Shown here piece after piece: positions 18,961-28,536 of a DNA stretch of 64,000 nt. The position numbers were made by a program, and so were the translations under genes. The stretch is from the sequence record NC_006883.2; one strand, given 5' to 3'. The notes beneath the pieces are model-generated. The model saw only the letters and a list, made by a program, of their open reading frames with translations. It was not told the origin of the DNA and made no database searches. Within the stretch, counting starts at the first letter, position 1, and each line of letters begins with the position of its first letter.

Positions 18961-20746
18961 GAGATACTTAAGTGGGCGGGTCAAACGATTACCCCAAGAT
19001 CAATTAAAAGATGATAGGTATAAGTATCTTGGTCTAGAACAGGCAGAACCAAACCTTGCCGATCCAATTACTAGTCCAGCAGTTCCTTCTGGTCAACAGT
19101 ATCAGTTGGTTGCTATTCCTGGTTTTGAAGGTAAGAGATATTGGGTTCCTGTTGGTGGTGGATTAATTCCAGGTGCGATTAGTGTATATGATGAAGGAAC
19201 TCTTGTTAGTGCTGCGAGTAGTGTAACTCAACTTAATTTTGTTGGTGCAGCAGTAACAGCACAAGTAGATGTTCAAAATCCTTCGGGACATCCAGGCATC
19301 GCTGCAACAATTACAGTTGTACCTGTTACTATTGGTTCTAATCCTCCAGTTAGTCCTATTCATGGAGAATTATGGTGGGAAGATGATATTGGAGACTTAT
19401 GTATTTACTATGATGATGGTGATACTAGTCAGTGGGTTACTGTAGTTGCTAGTGGAAACGGTGGTGGTCCTACTGGTCCTGCTGGTCCTCCAGGTCCAAC
19501 TGGAATAACTGGTCCTTCTGGTCCTCCAGGTCCTTCTGGTCCAGGTGGCGGTCCTGGTCCTGCTGGCCCTCAAGGTGATGTTGGTCCGAGTGGTGGTCCT
19601 GGTCCTACTGGACCTGCTGGTCCTCCTGGTCCTGCTGGTGGTCCTCCAGGTCCGCAAGGTCCGCAAGGTGATGCTGGTCCAACAGGTCCAACTGGTCCTC
19701 CTGGTACTGGATCTCCTGGTCCTGCAGGTCCTCCTGGTCCAAGTGGAGGTCCTGGTCCAACTGGTCCTGCTGGTCCTACGGGTCCAGACGGTCCTACAGG
19801 TCCAACTGGTCCTGCTGGTGGTCCTCCAGGTCCTCCTGGTCCAAGTGGTCCTCCAGGTCCGAGTGGTGGAGATGGTCCTGCTGGTCCAAGTGGTTCACCT
19901 GGTCCTCCAGGTCCTAGTGGTGGTCCTCCAGGTCCTAGTGGTGGTCCTGGTCCTGCTGGTCCTCCAGGTCCAGATGGTCCAAGTGGTCCTCCTGGTCCTG
20001 CTGGATCTGCTGGTGCGATACCTGCTGGTGTTGTTGTTATGTGGTCTGGTGCTCAGAATGCTATTCCTAGTGGATGGGTACTTTGCGATGGTAACAATAG
20101 CAGTCCAGATTTAAGAGATAAATTTGTTATTGGTGCTGGTAGTAACTACGCTGTAGATAATACAGGTGGTAGTGCTGATGCTGTAGTTGTAGATCACTCT
20201 CACTCTGCAAGTACTTCTGTTAGTGGTGCTGGTGCTCATACACACTCCTTCTCTGCTTCTGATTCTCACACTCACTCATTCTCAGGTTCGGGTTCAGATA
20301 CATTCTCTGGTTCTGGTTCTCATACACACTCCTTCTCTGGTTCTGGTTCTCACGGACACTCTTTGAGTTTAAGTGACTCTGCTCACCAACACACATCTGC
20401 TATTCCAGCACAGAATCAAGTCGCTGGTAATTCAGGTTCTCAAACAATTTGGGGTAGTGTTACTAACTCTCCAACTTGGGGTGCAACTGCTAATGTTAGT
20501 GGTTCTGCTGATAGTGCAAGTGTTAGTATTTCAGGTACTACAGGATCGGGTACTGCAAGTATATCTGGTTCAGTATCAATCTCAATCTCAGGTACAACTG
20601 GTAGTGGAACTGCAAGTATATCTGGTACAACTGGATCTGGTGGATCAGGTGTAAGTGGTAGCACTACAATTAGTTCGACAGGTGTTACAGGAACGAATAA
20701 GAATCTTCCTCCTTATTATGCACTATGTTACATTATGAAGTCTTAA
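18953..20746 (+). CDS. Collagen-like fibre with tail-collar domain and HxH needle
   Basis: Long G-P-x tract; collar [11 protein letters not shown]...GWVLCDG...[12 protein letters not shown]; six HxH motifs; C-terminal [13 protein letters not shown]. Confidence 0.85.
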   Translation: MSKRYLSGRVKRLPQDQLKDDRYKYLGLEQAEPNLADPITSPAVPSGQQYQLVAIPGFEGKRYWVPVGGGLIPGAISVYDEGTLVSAASSVTQLNFVGAAVTAQVDVQNPSGHPGIAATITVVPVTIGSNPPVSPIHGELWWEDDIGDLCIYYDDGDTSQWVTVVASGNGGGPTGPAGPPGPTGITGPSGPPGPSGPGGGPGPAGPQGDVGPSGGPGPTGPAGPPGPAGGPPGPQGPQGDAGPTGPTGPPGTGSPGPAGPPGPSGGPGPTGPAGPTGPDGPTGPTGPAGGPPGPPGPSGPPGPSGGDGPAGPSGSPGPPGPSGGPPGPSGGPGPAGPPGPDGPSGPPGPAGSAGAIPAGVVVMWSGAQNAIPSGWVLCDGNNSSPDLRDKFVIGAGSNYAVDNTGGSADAVVVDHSHSASTSVSGAGAHTHSFSASDSHTHSFSGSGSDTFSGSGSHTHSFSGSGSHGHSLSLSDSAHQHTSAIPAQNQVAGNSGSQTIWGSVTNSPTWGATANVSGSADSASVSISGTTGSGTASISGSVSISISGTTGSGTASISGTTGSGGSGVSGSTTISSTGVTGTNKNLPPYYALCYIMKS

Positions 20747-20747
20747 A

Positions 20748-20754
20748 ATAAATA
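20748..20754 (+). promoter_or_regulatory. Late promoter
   Basis: ATAAATA, then GAGG SD, before ATG 20775. Confidence 0.6.
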
Positions 20755-20774
20755 AAGAGGTATATTAATACAGT

Positions 20775-22142
20775 ATGTCAAGAATTGATTTTCCAGCTAA
20801 TCCTAATGTAGGTCAAGATTATACCTACAATAATTCCGTTTGGAGATGGGATGGATACGTTTGGAGAAGAATTCCCGATCCAGGTGCTCCAGGTCCAACT
20901 GGTCCTGCTGGTGCTCCAGGTTTAACTGGACCTGCTGGTCCTGATGGTCCAAGTGGTCCTCCTGGTCCTCCTGGTCCTGCTGGTGGTCCTCCAGGTCCAA
21001 CTGGTCCTGCTGGTGATGATGGTGCTCCTGGTCCTCAAGGTCCTCCAGGTATCGGTGGTCCAACTGGTCCTCAAGGTCCTGCTGGTTCTCCAGGTCCAAC
21101 TGGTCCTGTAGGTCCTTCAAATCCAGGTCCAACTGGTCCCACAGGTCCCACAGGTCCAACTGGACCAGATGGTCCTACAGGTCCACCAGGTCCAGGTAAT
21201 ACAGGAACGATTGATAGTGTAAAGCAATATAGAACTCCTGGTGTAGAGAGAAGTTGTGAAAGTCCGATCTTTGTAGTTAATAACAATACAATTGGTATTG
21301 GATCGACAAGTAACGCTTTCGGAAATAGATTTGCTCAGAATGATGATCCTACTACTGCTAATGGTGGTAGTTGGACTGTATGTGATGGAGATTTATGGTA
21401 TGATATGGACTCTGGTGCTGGTGGTGGACCTGGTCCTGCTGGTCCTCCAGGTCCATCTGGTCCAGCAGGTCCTCCAGGTCCAGCAGGTCCTCCTGGATCT
21501 GGTGGTGGTGCAAATGTAGAAACATCTGATACTGCACCAAGTAATCCTAGTGATGGTGATCTCTGGTGGGATTCTATTAATGGACGATTAAATGTTTATT
21601 ACCAAGATGCTGATAGTTCACAGTGGGTTAGTTCTAATGGTGTAGGTGTTGGATCAACAGGTCCAGCAGGTCCTACAGGTCCAACTGGTCCAACTGGTCC
21701 GACTGGTTCTGCTGGTATTGGATCTACATCTATAATATCTCAGGGTGATAGTTTCGTTCAAGTACTTGATGGTAGTAATGCCTCTGGTATTGGATCAATT
21801 GCATTTGAAACACAAGGAACTAGAAGATGGCACGTTACTAATCAAGGACATATAATTCCTGCATTAAATTGTAGTTATGATCTTGGTAATGCAGAACAAA
21901 AAGTAAGACATCTATTCTTATGTGACAATAGTTTAAAGTTTGTAGGTGCGGATGATGTTGAACGGGCAGTTGGTATTACTAATGGTAATTTAACCTTTAT
22001 GGGTTCTCAATTACTAACAGTTAGTCTTACAACTCCTTCCGAAGGTGAAGTTTTAGAGTATAATGGAACAGTATGGGCAAACAAGGCTAAAACTCCAGTT
22101 GCTGGATTATTCCAAACAAAAAATTGGAATATGCCTTTCTAA
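20775..22142 (+). CDS. Collagen-like fibre protein
   Basis: N-terminal FPANP...WRWDG..W module, three G-P-x tracts, GDLWW...QWV module. Confidence 0.8.
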   Translation: MSRIDFPANPNVGQDYTYNNSVWRWDGYVWRRIPDPGAPGPTGPAGAPGLTGPAGPDGPSGPPGPPGPAGGPPGPTGPAGDDGAPGPQGPPGIGGPTGPQGPAGSPGPTGPVGPSNPGPTGPTGPTGPTGPDGPTGPPGPGNTGTIDSVKQYRTPGVERSCESPIFVVNNNTIGIGSTSNAFGNRFAQNDDPTTANGGSWTVCDGDLWYDMDSGAGGGPGPAGPPGPSGPAGPPGPAGPPGSGGGANVETSDTAPSNPSDGDLWWDSINGRLNVYYQDADSSQWVSSNGVGVGSTGPAGPTGPTGPTGPTGSAGIGSTSIISQGDSFVQVLDGSNASGIGSIAFETQGTRRWHVTNQGHIIPALNCSYDLGNAEQKVRHLFLCDNSLKFVGADDVERAVGITNGNLTFMGSQLLTVSLTTPSEGEVLEYNGTVWANKAKTPVAGLFQTKNWNMPF

Positions 22143-22145
22143 ATA
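22139..22145 (+). promoter_or_regulatory. Late promoter
   Basis: CTAAATA overlapping the upstream stop codon. Confidence 0.5.
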
Positions 22146-22166
22146 GTAAACAGGTAATTTAAAATT

Positions 22167-22589
22167 ATGGCAGCAACAGTATATAATGGAGTATTACAGG
22201 GAACTGGAGCAATTCACACTCAAGTCCTTTATACCAACAGTACTGGTAAAAATGTAAGGATAGTATGGAATTACTTTGGAGTAGGAAATACTCATCCTTC
22301 TGAACTTGGGATAGCTGTTGGTCCATCCTCTAATCCTAATCATAATGGTGGACAAGACCTTGATACAATGTATTTGTCATCACAAGCAAATTTCGCTGCA
22401 GGTAAATATCTTGCAGTGCAGAGGAATGATGATAATACATCAAACAATGCATATGGTTCTTATGGAGGTTCTTTTCCAACGGAACTTATGATACTTAATG
22501 GATCAAAAATTAGTATACTGATTCCTGCACAAATAGGTTCAAATACTAATGCTCTTACATATAATTTTGTAGCGATAACGGAAGATTAA
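22167..22589 (+). CDS. Small virion-associated beta protein (possible fibre tip/adhesin)
   Basis: Beta-rich, 140 aa, inside the fibre operon. Confidence 0.55.
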   Translation: MAATVYNGVLQGTGAIHTQVLYTNSTGKNVRIVWNYFGVGNTHPSELGIAVGPSSNPNHNGGQDLDTMYLSSQANFAAGKYLAVQRNDDNTSNNAYGSYGGSFPTELMILNGSKISILIPAQIGSNTNALTYNFVAITED

Positions 22590-22590
22590 T

Positions 22591-24237
22591 ATGGCAGTAA
22601 ATTTTCCAAATAGTCCTTCAACTAACGATACCCACACCGAGAACGGTTATACATGGAAGTGGGATGGAACTACTTGGATAATTCAATCTCTTGCTCCTCC
22701 AGGTCCTACAGGTCCAAGTGGTCCATCAGGTCCAAGTGGTCCAAGTGGTCCTAGCGGTCCTCCAGGTCCTCCAGGTCCAACAGGAGGTTCTGGGTCTTCT
22801 ACTTTTGTAGGTTTAACAGATACACCATCTACCTTTACTGCTGATAAGTTTGTAAAAGTAAATTCTAGTGGTAATGCTTTAGAATGGACTGATGCTCCTA
22901 CTAATGGATTACCTATAGTTAATGTTGCAGATTTTGGAGCACTTCCAGGTGCTAGTGGAGCAACAAATAGAACTAGTATTGAAGCAGCAATTAACTCATT
23001 AGCATCTACGGGAGGATTGGTTTATATTCCTACAGGAACTTATGATATAACAGGAACTATATTAATAGATCAAGGTGTTATGGGTGATGGTGGTGGTGTA
23101 AGTATCATCGGTCCAACTCAGAATTATAGAATTACTGCTGCTGATACTGAAGGAGTTTGTTTGAGATCTACTGATGCTGGTAGTGATATAATAAAAGTAA
23201 ATAATGTAAGAAATGTAACTTTTGCCAATCTAGCATTTGATCATAAAGAAGGCACATCTAGAACTGGTGGAAATGCTGTTCATTTTTATTCTAATGTGAA
23301 TACTCAACAGATTAGAATGGATAGGATTTATATCCGAAGACAATTTGGTGCTATTAAAGTAGATGGGCATTCAATCGCAACATTTAGAGATATAGAGATT
23401 AGAGATATTGTAAATGAAGGTGGTTCCTTTGGAATGTTATTCTCTGCTTCTGCTGGTGGATCAGAAAGACAAGATCAGATAAGATGTGAGAATGTTATTA
23501 TTGATGGTGTGATTAGTGGAAGTCCACATACATCGGCAGTAGGATTATGGGTTAAAGATTTTGTAAATTCAATATGGTTCCTTAATTGTGCTGTTCTTAG
23601 ATGTAATAAAGGATTCTTAATGGATTCAACTGTTCCTAGTGGATCAACAGGTAATCCTGGTTCATTCTTTAGAATAAATGATTGTGATTTTGATACAAAT
23701 AATTCATATGGTATTGAGATTGCTGGTGGTAGTTTCATTTGGATTAATAACCCATATATAAGTAGCAATTTCGTTAATGGTTTGAGGGTTAGTAGTACTT
23801 TTACGGGTGTATTAAGAGTAAATGCTGCTGACTGTAGAGGTAATAGACAGCACGGAATTTATATTGATTCACAAGATCATAAGAAGATCTTTATAAGAGA
23901 TTCGCAGTGCTCTAATAATTCTGCAACTAATACTAATCAATATGATGGTCTTGCTTTTTATGATTCTAATGGAACTAATCAATCAGATATTCATATTGAT
24001 GGTGGACAGTATGGTGGAGATATAATGGGATCAACTGATGGTGGTAATAGTACTAGCACACCTCAAAGATATGGTATAGCAGCAGTTAATAACTCAAAAT
24101 ATGATAGAGTTACTATTAATAATGTAGATTGTACTGGAAATAGAACTGGTACAGTTCAATTTAACCCTAATAATGGATCTGATAATTACATTCATAATGT
24201 TATCGGATTCCACGGAACACATTCAGGTGCTCACTAA
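22591..24237 (+). CDS. Tailspike-like protein with pectate-lyase-3-type beta-helix
   Basis: [10 protein letters not shown]......AIEAAI....[13 protein letters not shown] followed by parallel beta-helix repeats; N-terminal FPNSP module and short collagen. Confidence 0.8.
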   Translation: MAVNFPNSPSTNDTHTENGYTWKWDGTTWIIQSLAPPGPTGPSGPSGPSGPSGPSGPPGPPGPTGGSGSSTFVGLTDTPSTFTADKFVKVNSSGNALEWTDAPTNGLPIVNVADFGALPGASGATNRTSIEAAINSLASTGGLVYIPTGTYDITGTILIDQGVMGDGGGVSIIGPTQNYRITAADTEGVCLRSTDAGSDIIKVNNVRNVTFANLAFDHKEGTSRTGGNAVHFYSNVNTQQIRMDRIYIRRQFGAIKVDGHSIATFRDIEIRDIVNEGGSFGMLFSASAGGSERQDQIRCENVIIDGVISGSPHTSAVGLWVKDFVNSIWFLNCAVLRCNKGFLMDSTVPSGSTGNPGSFFRINDCDFDTNNSYGIEIAGGSFIWINNPYISSNFVNGLRVSSTFTGVLRVNAADCRGNRQHGIYIDSQDHKKIFIRDSQCSNNSATNTNQYDGLAFYDSNGTNQSDIHIDGGQYGGDIMGSTDGGNSTSTPQRYGIAAVNNSKYDRVTINNVDCTGNRTGTVQFNPNNGSDNYIHNVIGFHGTHSGAH

Positions 24238-25106
24238 TGGCAGTTAAGATACGAAAAGGTGGTCAATGGGTAACTATAGTAGGTAATGGTCCAGCAGGTC
24301 CTACAGGTCCAGCAGGTCCTCCTGGAAATGATGGAGCAGACGGTGCAGATGGAAATGATGGTGCAACAGGTCCAACTGGTCCTGCTGGTCCCACAGGTGG
24401 AACTGGTCCAACTGGTCCAGACGGTCCTCCAGGTCCAGGTGGTGGAACTGGTACTCCAGGTCCAGCAGGTCCTCCTGGAAATGATGGAGCAGATGGAAGT
24501 AATGGTCCTGCTGGTGCAACTGGTCCTGCAGGTCCAACTGGTCCTGCTGGTCCACCAGGTCCAACTGGTCCTGCTGGTCCCCAAGGTGTTGCTGGTCTAG
24601 ATATTGGAACTTCAGCTCCATCTGGTCCTTCAACTGCTGGTGATTTATGGTGGGAATCTGATACAGGAAATCTATACGTCTATTATAATGATAGTAATAG
24701 TGATCAGTGGGTATCAGTTTCACAAGGTCCTGCTGGTTCTCCAGGTCCTCCTGGTTCTGGTTTTCAAACAGTTACTAACCATACAACATCTTATACTTTA
24801 CAGGCAAGTGATATGGGAAATACTGTTAAAATTACATCTCCAGGTGGATCTGTTAATTTACAACTTACAATTCCTAATTTATCTTCTTCTTTAAGTTTTG
24901 GTGATGAAGTTAGAATTTTAAATGGTGCTAATGAATCTATAAATGTTAATGCTAGTGCTACTACTCTTTATTGGGCTCAATCAAAAGCAGGTAATCAGAA
25001 TGGTGGATACTCTACAGGTAATAGAGAAATATATGGATATGCTTTGATTACATTAACTTATACTGGTAGTAATTCATGGAACATTCATGGTGATGGGATC
25101 TTCTAA
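24237..25106 (+). CDS. Collagen-like fibre protein
   Basis: G-P-x tract with GNDGADG inserts, GDLWW...QWV module, C-terminal YTLQASDMG domain. Confidence 0.8.
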   Translation: MAVKIRKGGQWVTIVGNGPAGPTGPAGPPGNDGADGADGNDGATGPTGPAGPTGGTGPTGPDGPPGPGGGTGTPGPAGPPGNDGADGSNGPAGATGPAGPTGPAGPPGPTGPAGPQGVAGLDIGTSAPSGPSTAGDLWWESDTGNLYVYYNDSNSDQWVSVSQGPAGSPGPPGSGFQTVTNHTTSYTLQASDMGNTVKITSPGGSVNLQLTIPNLSSSLSFGDEVRILNGANESINVNASATTLYWAQSKAGNQNGGYSTGNREIYGYALITLTYTGSNSWNIHGDGIF

Positions 25107-25109
25107 ATA
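25103..25109 (+). promoter_or_regulatory. Late promoter, possibly giving a leaderless mRNA
   Basis: CTAAATA ends 5 nt before ATG 25115. Confidence 0.45.
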
Positions 25110-25114
25110 GCAAA

Positions 25115-26794
25115 ATGGCAGCATTCGATTTTCCAAACAGTCCGTCCCTTAATGATACCCATACAGAAAATGGGGTAATTTGGAAGTGGAATGGATACGC
25201 TTGGGATAGAGTTCCAAGTAGTGGTCCGCAAGGTGCTCCTGGTCCTACAGGTCCAGCAGGTCCTACAGGTCCATCAGGTCCTACAGGTGGAGATGGTCCT
25301 CCAGGTCCAGGTGGTCCAGGTGGTGGCACAGGTCCAGCAGGTCCTCCAGGTCCTCCTGGAAATGATGGTGCTGATGGTTCTGATGGTGGAACTGGTACTC
25401 CAGGTCCAGCAGGTCCTCCAGGTCCTCCTGGAAATGATGGTGCTGATGGAAATGATGGTGGATCAGGTCCTACTGGTCCGACAGGTCCCACAGGACCAAC
25501 TGGTCCCACAGGTCCAACTGGTCCTGCTGGAGCAAGAAATTATACTATAACAAATAGTGGATCTGGTTCTTACTGTGTTGATAGTGTATGCAGTAATCCA
25601 ACAATAACTTTATTAAGAGGTTTAAGTTATACTTTTACTGTAAATGCAAGTGGACATCCATTCTATATTAAGACCTCTCAAACTACTGGAACGGCTAATC
25701 AATATAATACGGGAGTAACAAATAACGGTACTCAATCAGGAACTATAACTTGGAATGTTGCATCTGACGCACCAAGTACTCTTTATTATATTTGTCAATA
25801 TCATAGTGCTATGACAGGCACTATTTCTATATCAGATTTAGGTCCTGCTGGTCCTCCAGGTCCAACTGGTCCTACAGGACCTACAGGTCCAACTGGTCCA
25901 ACTGGTCCTTCAGGTGGAACTGGTCCAACTGGTCCTGCTGGTGCTGACGGAAGTGATGGTGCTGATGGTGGAACTGGTCCGACTGGTCCTGCTGGTCCTA
26001 CTGGTGGAGATGGTCCTCCAGGTCCAACTGGTCCAGGCGGAACTGGTCCAACTGGTCCTACTGGTGATGATGGTCCTCCAGGTCCTCCAGGTCCAGGCGG
26101 AACTGGTCCTGCTGGTCCTCCAGGACCTCCTGGTGCTGACGGTGATGATGGGGGAAGTGGTCCTCCAGGTCCTCCAGGTTCTGATGGTTCTGATGGAGGA
26201 AGTGGTCCTCCAGGACCTCCAGGTCCTACTGGTGGAGATGGTCCTCCTGGTCCAGGTGGAACTGGTCCGACTGGTCCAACTGGTCCAACAGGTCCTTCAG
26301 GTGGAAGTGGTCCTCCAGGTCCACCAGGAACTTCAGGTGCTACAGTAATTCCTTCAGGCACTGTTATGGTATTCATGCAAAGTTCTGCTCCTACTGGATG
26401 GTCTAGAACTTCATCTTATGATGGTAGGGCGATAAGAATTTCAAGTTCTGGTGGTGGTACTGGTGGTAGTAGATCTTGGGATAATACTTTTGATTATATA
26501 ACTAAGTGGCATAGTAATGTACTTACTGGTAGAGTTACTGATGGACATACATTAACATCATCTCAAGGTCCAGTTCACAACCACTCTTATGATGTTCCTC
26601 GTGGATCTTGGGGTGGACAGTATGGTTTCCAAGATACAGCAAACTCTGGTTCTTCTGGAACTCAAGCAGTTGCTGGTAATACACCAGGAGGTGGAAGTCA
26701 CAGTCACGATCTTAATAACATATCTCTTAATATTGGAACATATGTAGATAGACGACTTGTGTATGCTACTGCTATAATATGCAGTAAGAACTAG
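25115..26794 (+). CDS. Collagen-like fibre with cupredoxin-like domain and collar-type tip
   Basis: FPNSP module; collagen; [10 protein letters not shown]...GHPFY...[15 protein letters not shown]; [17 protein letters not shown] tip domain. Confidence 0.8.
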   Translation: MAAFDFPNSPSLNDTHTENGVIWKWNGYAWDRVPSSGPQGAPGPTGPAGPTGPSGPTGGDGPPGPGGPGGGTGPAGPPGPPGNDGADGSDGGTGTPGPAGPPGPPGNDGADGNDGGSGPTGPTGPTGPTGPTGPTGPAGARNYTITNSGSGSYCVDSVCSNPTITLLRGLSYTFTVNASGHPFYIKTSQTTGTANQYNTGVTNNGTQSGTITWNVASDAPSTLYYICQYHSAMTGTISISDLGPAGPPGPTGPTGPTGPTGPTGPSGGTGPTGPAGADGSDGADGGTGPTGPAGPTGGDGPPGPTGPGGTGPTGPTGDDGPPGPPGPGGTGPAGPPGPPGADGDDGGSGPPGPPGSDGSDGGSGPPGPPGPTGGDGPPGPGGTGPTGPTGPTGPSGGSGPPGPPGTSGATVIPSGTVMVFMQSSAPTGWSRTSSYDGRAIRISSSGGGTGGSRSWDNTFDYITKWHSNVLTGRVTDGHTLTSSQGPVHNHSYDVPRGSWGGQYGFQDTANSGSSGTQAVAGNTPGGGSHSHDLNNISLNIGTYVDRRLVYATAIICSKN

Positions 26795-26800
26795 ATTTAT

Positions 26801-27124
26801 ATGAAACTTGAACAAGGAAAATTTTGTCCTCTGATTGGAAAAGATTGTATTGGATTACAATGTGCTTGGTTTACACAGGTAAGAGGGATGCATCCTCAGA
26901 CTGGTGAAGATATTGATGAGTGGGATTGTGCTATTCAATGGATGCCAGTTTTATTAATTGAAAATTCTAGAAAACAAAATGAAACTAGTGCAGCAGTCGA
27001 ATCATTCCGAAACGAAATGGTAATTAATAATGAGAATGCAAAGAAAATGTATCTTGAAACTATACAGGAGAAATTAAGCAAACCCAGACAAATACATAAC
27101 ATAAGTGAGGCTGTAGAAGAATGA
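26801..27124 (+). CDS. Cys-rich fibre-associated protein
   Basis: CPLIGKDC...CAWF...WDCAIQW then a coiled coil; follows the fibre gene. Confidence 0.6.
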   Translation: MKLEQGKFCPLIGKDCIGLQCAWFTQVRGMHPQTGEDIDEWDCAIQWMPVLLIENSRKQNETSAAVESFRNEMVINNENAKKMYLETIQEKLSKPRQIHNISEAVEE

Positions 27125-27642
27125 AATTATCAATTATTCCAGGAGATAAAATTATTGCTTTAAATAATCAATCTTTAGTGGGAATTAAAACAGATCTTTC
27201 TTGGATTCCAACAAATGTTTATGCAGTTCAGTGGAATGATAATTGGGAAGCAAATTGTGGGTTATCTTCAGAATGTACTGGAATATCCACAGGATTTATT
27301 CAGTATAATGATTCAACTCCACCATTAGGTATATCAACAACTGGAATATATTGGCAAGGAGTAACTGCTTTTGAAAATGAGAAATCTACTTTAGAAAATG
27401 AAAGAGAAGCAGCAAGAGATCATTTGGCAGAAGTAAAAAGATTTAGAATGAATTTACTTTATGATAGTGATTGGACTCAAGGTAATGATTCCCCATTTAA
27501 TGATAGTAAGAAATCTGAGTGGGCAACGTATCGTCAGCAATTAAGAGATCTTCCAGCAACGATAGCAGCAGATTCCAACATAACTGCTAAAGCAATGATG
27601 GATGATATTAATCATTCTGCTTGGCCGACAAGACCATCATAA
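27121..27642 (+). CDS. Tail fibre assembly chaperone-like protein
   Basis: C-terminal LLYDSDWTQ..D......EWATYRQQLRDLP...WP motif. Confidence 0.75.
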   Translation: MKLSIIPGDKIIALNNQSLVGIKTDLSWIPTNVYAVQWNDNWEANCGLSSECTGISTGFIQYNDSTPPLGISTTGIYWQGVTAFENEKSTLENEREAARDHLAEVKRFRMNLLYDSDWTQGNDSPFNDSKKSEWATYRQQLRDLPATIAADSNITAKAMMDDINHSAWPTRPS

Positions 27643-27644
27643 TG

Positions 27645-27653
27645 TGCTATAAT
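27645..27653 (+). promoter_or_regulatory. Extended -10 promoter
   Basis: TGcTATAAT 23 nt upstream of the oxygenase ATG; weak CCGACA at -35 spacing. Confidence 0.5.
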
Positions 27654-27676
27654 AATTGAACTAGATGGATAACTAG

Positions 27677-28270
27677 ATGAATGATCTGATACAAGTAATT
27701 AAAATTCTTAATGGTACTGATCTTAAAAAGGTAAATCAATATGTTGATACTTTAGATTTTGAAGATAATACTGTGTTTGGCAAACCTGGTGAGGAATGTC
27801 AAACTAATACTGATATTAGATCTAGTACTGGGGTATCTTTAGATGATGCACACGAAATAACTAATGTTATTCATACCAGTATGAATAATGGATTGGATGA
27901 ATATAAGAGAAGAGTGCAAAAGATTCATCCGAATTTTAGTTATTATCCTGTACCTGGTGCTGTGGGAACTAGATCTTGGAGAGAAGGAATACAGATATTA
28001 GATTATAAAAAAGGACAAGAATATAAATTTCATCATGATGCAGCAACAGAACCTAGATTAGGTGAGTATCATAGAAAGATTTCTGTTATATTATATTTAA
28101 AGGAAGCAACTAAAGGTGGTGGGACTGCATTTTCCCATCTATCAGTAAAACCAAAACCAGGTTATGCTCTTATATTTCCATCTAATTGGTGTTATCCTCA
28201 TGCAGGTGAACCTGTAAGTGCAGGTAAAAAACGAGTTGCAGTTACTTGGTATTACGTTGAGAATATATAG
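27677..28270 (+). CDS. 2OG-Fe(II) oxygenase, prolyl-4-hydroxylase-like
   Basis: YKKGQEYKFHHD (HxD), ISVILYL, GGGTAF, LIFPS...YPHAG (distal His), KKRVAVTW. Confidence 0.88.
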   Translation: MNDLIQVIKILNGTDLKKVNQYVDTLDFEDNTVFGKPGEECQTNTDIRSSTGVSLDDAHEITNVIHTSMNNGLDEYKRRVQKIHPNFSYYPVPGAVGTRSWREGIQILDYKKGQEYKFHHDAATEPRLGEYHRKISVILYLKEATKGGGTAFSHLSVKPKPGYALIFPSNWCYPHAGEPVSAGKKRVAVTWYYVENI

Positions 28271-28286
28271 ATATTATGCGATACAT

Positions 28287-28499
28287 ATGATTATGAATGA
28301 TGAAACTGTACAAGACATCATAGTTGATGTCTGCAAAAGAAGAATTACGTTAATTAGTAATGAAGGTGAAACTAGATTTGTTAAGTGTGAAGACACGGAA
28401 CAGTTCATGGGTGTAATGGATGTTATCAAGGAACATGCTGATCCAGAATTGATTACTTATGTTGAACCAAAATTAACGACAGATAGCAAAGCTAAATAA
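28287..28499 (+). CDS. Hypothetical protein
   Basis: Start moved from 28218 to avoid the overlap; conserved-looking IVDVCKRRITLISNEG. Confidence 0.55.
   Translation: MIMNDETVQDIIVDVCKRRITLISNEGETRFVKCEDTEQFMGVMDVIKEHADPELITYVEPKLTTDSKAK
28492..28498 (+). promoter_or_regulatory. Late promoter
   Basis: CTAAATA 38 nt before ATG 28537. Confidence 0.55.
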
Positions 28500-28536
28500 A
28501 GTATAGAAATACCAACTGGACTAGTAGTATAAAAAG

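Noticed and set aside
19163-26376. Long alternative-frame and antisense ORFs over the collagen genes (e.g. 19545-20114, 25801-26376, 24234-24584)
   Set aside because: GGT CCN repeats contain no stops in several frames; the products (VLLVQ..., RTSRT..., GPVGP...) are shadows with no SD or promoter.
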